64,000 bases of DNA from Eledone cirrhosa (taxonomy: Eukaryota). Under the pieces are notes generated by a model that searched no databases, was not told the origin of the DNA, and worked only from the letters and a program-made list of their open reading frames with translations. The stretch spans positions 149,916,001 through 149,980,000 of the forward strand of contig OZ024743.1 in assembly GCA_964016885.1 (NCBI GenBank). Reading direction: 5' to 3'. Below are positions 1-13,893 of the stretch, one piece after another (position 1 is the stretch's first letter; the number at the start of each line of letters is the position of its first letter). Position numbers and translations under genes: made by a program.

Positions 1-138
1 AGTGCTTAGTAATGCTATCTTCTGCATGTAGTACAGATGTGTAAGTCCTGGAGTTTTGGTTATGTATCAGTCTATATGATCTTTTTTTTTATCATTCCCA
101 GAGCACCTAGTTTTTAGGGATTGTTTGTTTTCTATTAT

Positions 139-447
139 TGATTGGCAGTATCGGTAAAGGATCAGACGCCATGCTTTACAGAATGGAGTTACGTTCTTTA
201 CGGCCTGAGTTCAAATCCCACTGGTTAACTTTGCCTTTCATCCTAACAGGGTCGATAAAATAAAGTAAATTGTTGGCCTTGTGCGAAAAGTAGAAACAAT
301 TATTATTATTTTTAATCAAGGTTACCGTGCCTTTCATCCTTAAAAGGTCGATAAATAAAGCACCAGTAATGCACTGGGGTTGATTTAATTTCTTTGCCCT
401 CACCCTAAATTGCTAGTCTTGTGTCTATAGTAGAACCAATTATTATT
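139..447 (+). mobile_element. tRNA-derived Meta/MESC-domain SINE (octopus OR-type), one near-full copy plus a tandem 3' partial copy
   Basis: Head ggattggcagtatcggta..., B-box-like gagttcaaatccc, central ctttgcctttcatcct..gggtcgataaaataaagt, tail ggccttgtg..agtagaaacaattattatt; the same sequence recurs more than 10 times in the window. Confidence 0.85.
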
Positions 448-1249
448 GTTATTTGTATATTACAAGTTACAACCCCATACACTGCAGATACAAGCAACAT
501 GTTTTGTTGCCTTTGATTTATGGAAAAGTTCCTATATGTTGTATGTGAAATGTATGATATTTTAGGCACTTTCTTCCCATCATCTTCTAAATCTCTTATT
601 TCTGAATTTGTTTAGTGACATAAATTTGGTAGAAATGGTAAGCATTCTGCGTTCCACTTTGATGTATTATGTTTATATATACAAATAACATTTGGGATGA
701 CTAATAACACTGGGAATTCAACAAAATAATATTAGTAGTAAACTAAGATTAATCCTTGAGATACCAACCCATTTGAAAGGGTTTCTATTTAAATTTGAAT
801 CTTCCAACATAATTTTATGTAAAAACAACATGTTAAGTTACTGTACTATCTTAGTAATGAAATAACTAGTATTAATTTGAATAAATCTTTCACATTTCTT
901 CATTAACTAATTGAAATATAGTGTATGTCATTAGAAATATTGTCGCAAGATGGTTAAGTACATTTTCTGCTCTCTAAACAAAGAATTTACTTATTATAAA
1001 TTAAAACTAATAATAATTATTATCATTATTGTTGTTGCTCTACGTAGAAGAATCATCACCATCGGTTTGGAATATTTTTTCATACTATATTTATTTTGTT
1101 ATTCATTGCCCCATTATTATAGCAAACAAACATGGAAAAATCTGATTTTCAATTGAAAGAAATTGATATTTAACTGAGCAAAATAAAAGAGAGAGAAATT
1201 GATGGAATTAAGTGAAGTTTAAAATACATCAGCTTAGTTCTTGTTGTTT

Positions 1250-1447
1250 TATATATACAAGTATATATATATATATGTGTGTGTGTGACTGTAAATATAT
1301 GCAAGTCTATGTACATGTACCTACATTAATGGTAGTGTATATATATATATATATATATGTATGTGTATATTTATATGTGTGTGTATATATATATATATAT
1401 GTGTGTGTATATATATGTATATATATATGTATAAATATGTATATTTG

Positions 1448-1480
<33 letters not shown>

Positions 1481-1541
1481 ATATATATATATATATATGA
1501 ATATGTACATACATATATATGTACAATATATGTACAATACA

Positions 1542-1575
<34 letters not shown>

Positions 1576-1635
1576 TATACATATATGTATATATGTATAT
1601 ATGTATGTATATATATATATATGTATATATGTATG

Positions 1636-1725
<90 letters not shown>

Positions 1726-1813
1726 TATATTTAGAGTTTAAACTCAAAGTCATTTATATATATATGTATATATATATGTAGATATATATACATATATATA
1801 TACATATATATAC

Positions 1814-1845
<32 letters not shown>

Positions 1846-2200
1846 GAATATGTGTATATATATATATGTATATATATATACATATATATATATATATACA
1901 TATATACATATATGTATATATATATATATGCATATATATATATATATATATATATATGAATATGTGTATATATATATGAATATGTGTATATATATATATG
2001 CATATATATATATATATACATATATGTATATATATATTGTACATATATATGTATATACATATTCATATATATATACACATTTATATATATATATATATAT
2101 ATATACAAATATACATATTTATACATATATATATACACACATATATATATACACATATATATATATATATATATACAATACATATATATAAATACATACA
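1250..2200. repeat. Compound (TA)n/(TATG)n microsatellite array with internal inverted duplication
   Basis: Direct reading of the sequence. Confidence 0.95.
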
Positions 2201-3085
2201 TAATTTTAATATACTTTTAAAAAAGATTAATATGAAGTCTACTTTATATCTTCTGAGGGGACATTGTATATTAAATTTATTAACAAATTGAAAATAAAAA
2301 GGAATATACTGAAGCAACTAAAACAACAACCAAAAAACATACAAAATAAAATAAAATAAAATAAACATTCGAACAAGAATAAGAAAAATATTATATTTGC
2401 TGAACGACTGTTCAAATAATGAAATTGATTTATCGGAGTTAGTTGGCAACTTTGATTTTATGAAGGAAACATATATTATAAAGGGAGGAGAAAATAAAAC
2501 AAACAGAAATAAGAAAAACAAGAAAAATAAAAATAACAAATATATAACAAAATTTAAAGACAAAAAGTGTAAAGGAAACTCAAAAAGAAACAGAATTTCA
2601 AGTAGCCATTGCTCTTTGAAGGATTTATTCTCCAAGACTTTCTTCTTACTCAAACCATATGATTAAATTTTAAATAATCTACTTTCCAATGCCATCAGAA
2701 GTTAATTCAATTACTCATGTTGTGAAATATCTTTTTCTGCCTTTTTCTAAAAGAGAGTAGAAACCTAATCAATACTTCTGAAGGAAAAGCAGAATAGGAA
2801 CATGTTTTTAGGGTTTAACATTTGGTGTTCTAATCTTTAGGGGATTTTTTTTTTTTGTTGATATTGTTTTGCGTTTTTTTTTTTTTCTACATGGAGTTTC
2901 TTGCTAGTTGGCATTTACAGAGCTAGTTTATGCAGTGGCAAAATTTTACTAGTTTCATTTTGGAAAATAATCAGAAAACAATTCTAAAAAGAGAAAAACG
3001 TGGATGAAATTCTCACTTGTGCGTGTGTGTGCTTGTGTTTATGTATGTGTTTGTTTAAGTATACATTAGTGCATGCACACACACG

Positions 3086-3130
<45 letters not shown>

Positions 3131-3156
3131 ATATATATATATATATATATATATAA

Positions 3157-3290
3157 GCCAAGGAAACAAGGAAACAAGAGGTTGCAATAAGATAAAGTGT
3201 ATTAGTTTCACACTTCGAGAAAGAGTTACATAGTCAACATATCGGGGGCATTTGCCCTTCATCAGGAATAACACAAAAGGAAAATTGCAA
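3157..3290 (-). mobile_element. Penelope-like pLTR remnant with degenerate minimal hammerhead (core GAUA instead of GAAA)
   Basis: Minus strand 3231-3270 reads tattc CTGATGA agggc aaat gcccc c GATA tgtt gacta; downstream segment resembles 23110-23190, 25570-25650 and 49952-50040. Confidence 0.5.
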
Positions 3291-3500
3291 AGAAAATAAC
3301 ATTAAAGAATGGAAAATGCACAAAATAAAATTGAATAAATGGTAGTTGAAATAACATTAGGAAGAAATTACACAATTAAAAATAAAAATAATAATAATAA
3401 TAAAGAGGAGATACGGGAAGTGGTCCACTGTCCTGATATACATATATATGTGTCCTGATATATATATATATATATGTGTGTGTGTATATATATATATATA

Positions 3501-3891
3501 CTTAGGTTAATAGGAGTTAGGTATTGTATACCCGTGTCCCATTAAGGTATTGGCAGCATAATAATTAGCTCTATGCTTTGGAGCAGAGCCGTATATATGA
3601 TAAAGAACACAAGAGCGTCTACAACATCAAAAGATTTTGATTGGCTTACAATGTTTCTTCCTTACGTTACCGTAGGATTCGTCAGAGCTATAAAAGGGGT
3701 TTGATTGGTGTTATGGACTCTACCAACCAAACATTCAAGAACTCTTTGTTCTTGAATGTTTGGTTGGTAGAGTCCATAACACCAATCAAACCCCTTTTAT
3801 AGCTCTGACGAATCCTACGGTAACGTAAGGAAGAAACATTGTAAGCCAATCAAAATCTGTTGATGTTGTAGACGCTCTTGTGTTCTTTATC

Positions 3892-3898
<7 letters not shown>
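3501..3898. mobile_element. Fold-back hammerhead element 1: tail 3501-3591, arms 3592-3742 and 3748-3898
   Basis: 151-bp inverted arms with one mismatch and a 5-nt loop (tcttt), bounded by (TA)n on both sides. Confidence 0.8.
3802..3846 (+). ncRNA. Minimal type-I hammerhead ribozyme motif (mirror copy on minus strand at 3644-3688)
   Basis: gct CTGACGA a tcct acg gtaa cgt a agga a GAAA c att GTA agc: both conserved core boxes, stem II hairpin, GUA triplet, short stem I gct/agc. Confidence 0.7.
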
Positions 3899-3928
<30 letters not shown>

Positions 3929-4354
3929 AATACATGCATACACATTATGTTAAAGTTATGTGGATGCACATGTTAAGAGTTTTATTTTTCATTTGAGACA
4001 AGTATAAAATGTTTTATCTGTATTGTCTTACAATTGCTAAAGAAGAAAGCTGTCAATACTTACGTTTTTTTTCAATGATGTCGGTGATGAGGAAAAATTG
4101 AAATAATTTCTTTGTAAATATGGATTTGAAAAAATGTTGCCAACTATGAGTTCCTCATATATCAAGATCTTTGTTATTACTTTGGTTGATATGATAATTG
4201 TTTTGAATAATAACTAATGTAATATATCGAGTTCATTTTAAATTAGTTCTTTAGAAGACAAATTCCTTTTAGAGTTTTGTTATTCCACTCCTCTTAAACA
4301 TCTCTAAGCACACCCACATATATACATACACTTATTCATATATACATATATATA

Positions 4355-4577
4355 TACAATATATTAATAAATGGAAACTATATTTATAAAACCATATTTA
4401 TTTTATTATATATATTTCAAGGGCAATCAAAGCAAATTATGGTGCGCTTTCATCAGATAAAACACAGATTTGTTTTATAAATAAATATTGACATACCCAG
4501 AAAAAAGACAACCTTGACAGTTGGAGCTTCCTGGATAGTGGAGATAATATTTTATTGAGGGTAATACAAAGTTATGA
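4355..4577 (-). mobile_element. Solo, unfolded and tail-less arm of hammerhead element family A
   Basis: Clear homology to the arms at 18678-18849 and 23750-23920; ends in (TA)n at the same boundary. Confidence 0.8.
4400..4463 (-). ncRNA. Type-I hammerhead ribozyme motif (family A)
   Basis: Minus strand: ttttat CTGATGA aag c gca...tgc c ctt GAAA tatata TA ataaaa; 6-bp stem I, AUA triplet. Confidence 0.75.
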
Positions 4578-4627
4578 GTGAGTATGCAAATGAGTGTACA
4601 TATATATATATATGTGTGTGTGTGTGT

Positions 4628-5060
4628 GGTATAATCTTGTTTGCCCATCGTAAACGATGACATCTTCTTCATTATTGTTCCCGTCCGCCGTCAGCACGAA
4701 GGTGGCTGTGGAGGCTGATCCTTGACCTGCAGGTCCGGGGACAGTGGGGCGGAGGAGTTACCTCGCCTCTTGCCCATCGCCGCAGGGCTTTGGGAGTGCA
4801 CGCTAAAGAAGAAACCTGTGCAGGAAAGATTTATAGTGGCAGGGCCAGTGCACAGTGACGGTCCCACTCACTCAGCCGCAGAAGCCAGAATCCTGTGGTA
4901 TGGAGGACCGTCATGACCAGGGACTTCATTGGCTGCAGTGGATGGCCACAACGTCTGTAGTGCCTTGCCGTGCCCTAGCACTCCACACCACTTGCTGTCG
5001 CCGCCTTCGTGACCGTTGGGACGATGTTGTCCTCCTCCACTCACTCCGCCGGGTCCAGTT
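4628..5060 (-). mobile_element. 3' fragment of an RTE-clade LINE (BovB/AviRTE-like C-terminal C2H2 finger), decayed
   Basis: GC-rich island; minus strand encodes ...HCPRTCRSRISLHSHLRA...stop, matching the CxxC-x3-SRIGL-SH-R terminus of RTE ORFs, followed by a short 3' UTR ending at a microsatellite. Confidence 0.7.
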
Positions 5061-5182
5061 AAACAACCAACACTAGTATAGGCAAGATAGAACACTCAAA
5101 TATGTCTCTGTACTCTAGACTATAAGTATAATAATCAAGTATAAGTCAACAGGTTGGAATTTGCCTCATTTGTTTGTTACAC

Positions 5183-5249
5183 AATTGCTGTTACACATAT
5201 TTCGATGATAACTGTTATGCAATAGTTATGACCTCATCAGGCAGCTATT
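5183..5249 (-). ncRNA. Type-I hammerhead ribozyme motif, solo, distinct sequence family
   Basis: Minus strand: aatagctgc CTGATGA ggt c ataact att gcat aac agttat c atc GAAA tatgtg TA acagcaatt; long stem II, GUA triplet, one C-A mismatch at the base of stem I. Confidence 0.7.
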
Positions 5250-5526
5250 AAGTGAACAGTTACATGAAGAAAAAGAAAAATTACTCATGCTACTTCAATT
5301 CATTGATATGTAACAGGCATATTATAGATGTCGCTCCCTCAAAGCATTAGAGACATGATTATATATATATATATAAAATGAAGTCACATGTTTTTTGTCA
5401 TTTTTTAATTTCAAATACTTTGTCATGCTATAGCAGTTTGAGAAGAAAAAACAGTGGCTCTGCTGAGAGAGTTGGAAAGTTGGAGAGAGAGGGGGGGAGA
5501 GAGAGAGATGATCAACATATATGAGA

Positions 5527-5714
5527 TAATTGTTTCTATTTTAGGCACAAGGCCAGCAATTACTCAGTACATTACTGGTACTTTATTTTATTGACTCCGT
5601 AAGGATGAAAGGCAAAGTTAACCTCGGCGGGATTTGAACTCAGATCATAAAGGGACGTAACTCTATGCTTCAAAGCATGGTGTCCGACTCTCTACCGATA
5701 CTGCCAATCCACCG
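5527..5714 (-). mobile_element. Meta/MESC-domain tRNA-SINE
   Basis: Reverse complement of the SINE at 51884-52110. Confidence 0.85.
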
Positions 5715-6355
5715 ATGAGATAATGAAAGAAAGAGAAAGAAATAGTGCAAGTAATAACAGAATAACAGAGAAGTGGAAAGAAAGAAGGTAGAGCTCTAAA
5801 ACGGATATGAGTTGATTAGAGAGGTGATATGATAAAATAACAGACTAATAGAGAGTAAGCACATGATAAAAAGATGGATAGAGATGAAAAGAGAGAAGGA
5901 GAAGTTTGTGCATGAGATTGAAGAGAGGCAGGGGAAAGATGTTGAGAAATGAAAACATGTTGGAGGCAGATTTTAATTGAGAGAAGAAAAAAAAAAAAAA
6001 GAAATTAAACTATGTACACTAAGGAAGAGAAAAAAAAACAATGAAACTTGTGAGTGAGAATGATTAAAGAATGAGTGAGGATGTGTAAGAATATTGAAAT
6101 GAAGAGCCAACTTTTCAAATAGGCAACAGGTGATTAAACAAATGGAGAAGTTATTCTTGGCCTCGAACTTCAGAAAGAATACAATGATCATGACAAGAAG
6201 TCAGTGCTTTACATGAATTACAGTAAAAAAAAATTTAATGATGCAAAATAATAAGAAATATTAGAAAATGGAACAAGGATTGAAACAGAAATCTAAAGAA
6301 TTACTGAAAGGAGGTAGAAATAAGCCCATCATTTTTTACGGGTACTATGCTAGTG

Positions 6356-6406
<51 letters not shown>

Positions 6407-6769
6407 GTGTGATCATGTGTATTTGTGTGACTCATTTATAAACAAAATCATGAAGAATGTTCTACATAGTCTCTTCCTGAATTATATATGAAAGAAAACA
6501 GGGAATAAAGGAACAAAAAGAAAAATAGACATTGGTTTATTTGCTTTATTCCCAAAATTAAACCTATTATATTGGTAGTTAATTCCTAGACTAAGAGGGA
6601 GAAAATCCAATGTAAATACATAATAATTTGAGGGAAGATTAAATTTCCATAAATTTACCAAATCTCTGAGATCATAGATCTTATTTCTAAGTCTGTAGAA
6701 TAAATATCTAGATATATGTTCTTACCGTTTTTGTTGCTCTATATACTGCAAATATTCCTGGCTATAATG

Positions 6770-6900
6770 GATATATATATGTATATATACATATACATGT
6801 GTGTATATATATATATGTATACACACACACACATATATATATATATTTATGTATGTATATAAATATATTTATGTATATAAATATATTTACGTATATACAC

Positions 6901-6936
<36 letters not shown>

Positions 6937-6973
6937 ATATATATATACACATATATACATACATATATATATA

Positions 6974-7012
<39 letters not shown>

Positions 7013-7070
7013 GCATATATATATATATATATACATATATATATGTATGTATGTACGTATGTATAACAGT
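6770..7070. repeat. Compound (TA)n/(TG)n microsatellite
   Basis: Direct reading. Confidence 0.95.
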
Positions 7071-9174
7071 ATACACACTCACTTATATGTGTGTGTGTGT
7101 TCATATGTTTAAATATGTATTTAGATTCTTACTTGTTTGCATGTGCATGTACATGCATTATACTTACACACACACACACACTCATATATATGTTTATATA
7201 CACACATATATTTACAAACTCATATATGTGCAGTCATTTGTGTATGCACGCATACTCATATACATACACTGTATGTTTAGCATTTAAATATATTTAGAGA
7301 ACAGTTATATGTGGTGTGTATGCATGTTATTTTTTTATAACCTTGACTTGTACAGACCTATCATAGAAAAAATAGAAAATTTACATTTTCAATTATGGTC
7401 ATCTCATTTTGTCCACAGGTTGAAAAATATTCTTGTTTCAAAAACGATAGTAAATTTGTTAAGTGAAGATTTTGCTGCTATATTAAGAAAGTTATTTGTT
7501 TGTGTTTTAATGTAGATATATGTGTATATAATGTAGATATATGTGTAATCCATAATACCAGAGTCAATATGCAAAACTAGATGAATTTCACACTTCAGAA
7601 GTTTTATTGACTCAAAATTTGTTACAAAAAAAAAAAAAAAAAAGAGCAAACAAAAGAGAGAAAAAAAGGGAGGGGAGAAATAGAGAGAACGAAACGAGAA
7701 AAGGGGAGGGAGAGAAAGAGAAAATAAATAAAAAGGGAAAGGGGTAGGAGAAGGGATCAAACTCTATGTATTTAGCTGTGCAGCTATGGTGAAAACATTG
7801 TCACAGAGTAAAGCCAATGATACCCACTGCATCAGTCATTCCACCTCAAGGGGTTCCTTCCTCTGCTGAGATACCTTCTTCCTGATTTTGCAAAGAAAAC
7901 CAGCTGTCGAGGGACCAAGGACACCAGAGGTTTCAATGGGAACTTTTAGAAAAACAAAATACTCAGTTAAAATCTACACCTTTTATAATAGATGCACAGG
8001 ACATCTATAGAATATCCAATAGAACAATTATTATTCGAAATGTGAAAATCATTACAATTAATGAATTTCTCTTAATTTCCAAAGCTACTGTCTCAAATAC
8101 TAATAAATATATAAATAAATAAATTAATTAAATAAAAATAAAACAAACAACAGCAACATACTCAACACATATTTCAAGCCAGCTTAGAAGTGATAAACAT
8201 GAAGAAAAAATATCAATCCTATTCTTATATACATATTGTTTTTTTTTAACTTGTATTTGTTTATAAATACACACATAAATGATTAATCTTCCATTTTGTT
8301 CTGAACAGAAGCTCCTGTAGGCAAGAGCATGAGAATTTCTTTAATTCTTTCAGGACTATATTTCTAACACAATATACTGTCTATATGGTTTCAATTAATT
8401 TTGATCAAGAATATGGAGAGATTTAGTAAAATAACAAGCTTAATAATTATTAAACCTTTAGATACCTAACTGTCTAAAACTACCCATAGCAGGGCCATAT
8501 TTAAACCTTGAGGGGCCAGGAGCCATTCATATTTAGTGGGCCCCTCATATAACAACAACAAACACCTAAAGGTCATTTTCTCCACTAAGGATCATCTTTG
8601 GTCTTTGCAGGAAGAATTACGTGGTGACTCTTCCTGGCACACAACCAAACTGCATTTTACCTACTTTGACTCTTTCCCTAAATTTCATGACTTAATTCAA
8701 TTCATCAGTTATATATATCCATCACAGCCTCAACAATTGCTGTTGTTTATCTGCAGGAAATGCAGTTGAGACTGACATTCACATATTGGACTGTACAGTC
8801 ACTTGTGAAATTGTAGGTGAATACATCTGTGGATGCTACATCATCATCTCTTGTAGATGGACTGATGTCATACATATATATTTGTGAGTGTGTGTGTATT
8901 TGTATATTTAAACTCAATCAAGTGACAACCACTGTAAACAAGAATTGGTCATTTGAGCATGTGTGTGCTTTGATATCTTCCCTCTTGTCTCTATCTCACA
9001 CACAGTGCTGACAAGATATATTCACCTCTTGATCATTAGTGGTTTAACAACAGCTACCTATCTAGTCACCTATCTATCTATAAAGAAATTTATCTGATTC
9101 TCTGTCTGTTCATCTATTATTGGGGAAAATCGACTAATGTTTAAATTGCATTTGTGATAATATTTTACACGTTT

Positions 9175-9243
9175 TTATTGTATGTAAACTTCCCCCCTTT
9201 GTATTTGTCCCCTTCTTTTGTGCCCCTGTGGCTAATAAAGAAA
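9175..9243 (+). mobile_element. Extreme 3' end of an L1-Tx1 element
   Basis: ttgtatttgtcccc..ttgtgcccctgtggctaataaagaaa resembles the 3' UTR end of the Tx1 copy at 57380-57450. Confidence 0.55.
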
Positions 9244-9715
9244 CATATCTATCTGCCTGTCTGTCTATCTATCTACTTGTCTATCTGTCTACATACCCAA
9301 CTATCTCTTTCTCAGTCTATCTAACTAACTGTCTATCTACCTACCTGTCTATTTATAGCTACTTATTTATGTATATCTACCAAAGTATATTTGAATAAGA
9401 AAAAAAACAAAAACAACAACAATAAGCATGAATAACAATAGCAGTCCAAAAATAGATAGAGAGAGATACTTAAGTAGAAAAAGGTATTGTAATTTAGTGG
9501 ATAGATATTTGATAACAATGATTTAATAAAATATGGGAACAAATTATTGTAATTGGTTTAAATAAATGTATAATAAAATAGTGAGGGCCAGAGTGACAAG
9601 AGGGGGAAGGGGAAGTCCAAGGAAAACTCAAGGATTCAAGCATCTTTACATGGAATGTTATAATCAAGGAATTACTAAATTAAATATTTTTTCTTCTATA
9701 AAACTATAAACCCTG

Positions 9716-9738
9716 TAATTTTTTATGGGTACTATGCT

Positions 9739-9800
<62 letters not shown>

Positions 9801-9823
9801 AGCATAGTACCCATAAAAAATTA
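9716..9823. repeat. 25-bp inverted repeat enclosing a (TA)n tract
   Basis: taattttttatgggtactatgctgg (TA)n ccagcatagtacccataaaaaatta. Confidence 0.85.
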
Positions 9824-10489
9824 TATATATATATATACTCACTCACATACATATACATTTACTCACACATACACATGCAGACACTTAAACATTGAAACAA
9901 AGAGAAAGAGATTGATATCAAGAATTTTAATCCAAGAAGACGAGTTACATGGCAAAACTATTCATGGATAAATGACGAGGATTTCTCTGTTCTTTTTGTC
10001 TAGTAATGTTATATGTTTGAATTTTATGATAAATTTTTTCCCTTCCTTCATCTAACCTACCAAACTTGACGTTCAGTACTTGTTTTACACCTTACAAAGC
10101 TCATTTTTTTCTCACTAGTCGCTTCTTCTCCTCTTTCCCATCACCCCATGTCTATGATGTTTGCAAAAATTCACACTTGAAAGAAAACCTCTTTATTCAT
10201 AGAGATATTCCATCAAGCATCTTTTTTCTCTCATGAAATACCCATCCATTTTGCTGTTAGTTTTAATTGTCTTCTACATTATTAAGAATTTCCTCTTAGC
10301 TTATGGGAGAGCAAAGGAGTTTCATTTGTTTGTATATTTATTGTATTTTTATTAGATATTTCATGTAACTCTTTCAATGTCTACTATTTCTCAATTGATT
10401 TAAAGTATATTCTAATAAGATTCTCAATACAGACACATACATGAATACATGAACATTCCACAAAATGTAGGTTCAACCAAGTAATATAA

Positions 10490-12160
<1,671 letters not shown>

Positions 12161-13782
12161 AACATACATCACAAACATACACACACAAACACATATGCAG
12201 ACACAAATATATACATATGTATGTATCTACATAGATTATATTTTCTTCTTTGCTTGGCTCCATTGGTTTGTAAGATTGAATGTTAAGCATCTGCTATGTA
12301 AGAACTAAAGTGTCTTCTCAGAGCTTGTCTTACTGACTTGGTGTCATTTCTTGTTAGCTTTTTCTCCTCCAATTATTCTACTGATTTCAAATTTTCTATT
12401 TCTATGGTAGGATACACATTTTATTTCTCCTCATTTCTTGCTTATATTTGTGTAATTATTTTTTTTTGCCTATGTATTTACTTTTTGCTATTTTTCAATT
12501 CACAAAATTGATGACTACAGCAATTTTAAATTATTTCGGCCAGTCTCCAATTCTAGCTGCTCTTGACACGCTAAATGCTGCTGTGTGAGGAGGAACGTAA
12601 TCAGCAAGTTCACAATTAAATTCTTTTTTTAAATAGACTAAGAAAAGAAGATATGGCCATTGAATCAATGTCAACTTAATCTGAGACATTGATATTATCT
12701 ACCTTCATACTAGCAGCAAGCAGAATAAGGCATAATCAAATAAAGTGTGGAAAGCATTGAGTAAGCATATTCTGTTGAGTTATATAGTGTTTACAATGTC
12801 CCAGCATTCACCAGTCTTACAGCCATTGCTAATGTGGTAGCTAGGAATGTTGATAATTTTGTCTTCTAATAGCAAAATAATATTATTTTAGCATTCTGAT
12901 AATGCTGTTGAATTTCAAGTGTATTTCTATTATTTCCAACACTATGATGAATATATAAATTTAAAAAAAAGAAAAATCCTACACATACACAAGTATATAT
13001 TTACAATAGGTGTAATTCTTCTCTAGAAAATCATGTTTTTATATGTATAATTTTATTTTAAATGCACATGAGTCATTGTATCTCATACCTCCTCTTGCTC
13101 ATATTCTAAACTGTATGTAATGAGAATGAAGACTGATTAAAATACTGTATTTCAGCCTCCCAGGTCATAGGTTTATATTTTTCTGGTACCGCTTTTATGT
13201 TTCTGAACATGACACTTAACTCTAATTTAGCTATACTACATGTATACTTAAAAATTTATTATACTAGAAAATATGGTAAGTGTAAAGCATGAGTGATTTA
13301 TACAATGTAATCCTGCTTCTCAGGTCATGAATTTATATTCCTCTGGTGATGACTCTACCAAGATTAATTTATTCAAATTCTACATCGAATATTGAGCTTT
13401 TACTACTACTAAGCATGATTCAAACCAAGATAAATCAGCTGGAGGCAGTTGCTTTTTTCCCCTTTCCTAAACCATTTTTTTTTAAATTCATCATCATCAT
13501 TGTCATTTTTACATCTCTTTTTCCATTCTGATATGGGTTCAACTTGACATTTTGTTCTATAGCTGAATAGATATCCTGATGCCAACCCTTACTTATCTTT
13601 TATTTCACTGATCTTCACCCATCAAACCACTAATTTGAAAGACATAAGTGAATGACATTGGTGTTTTAAGGATTGTTAACATGTAAACGAATGCAGAGAT
13701 AAACGCATACATGCATGTGCACACACACACAGACACAATATAAATATATATACACACACATGCAATACACACAAACACACTC

Positions 13783-13820
<38 letters not shown>

Positions 13821-13845
13821 ACCATGGAAAGTGGATGTAAAATGA

Positions 13846-13893
<48 letters not shown>

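Noticed and set aside
3592-3898. Palindromes as pre-miRNAs, ordinary MITEs or pure assembly artefacts
   Set aside because: Arms are too long and perfect for pre-miRNA; the one-sided tail and ribozyme cores do not fit TIR MITEs; arm mismatches and shared boundaries across copies argue against artefact, though reads should confirm
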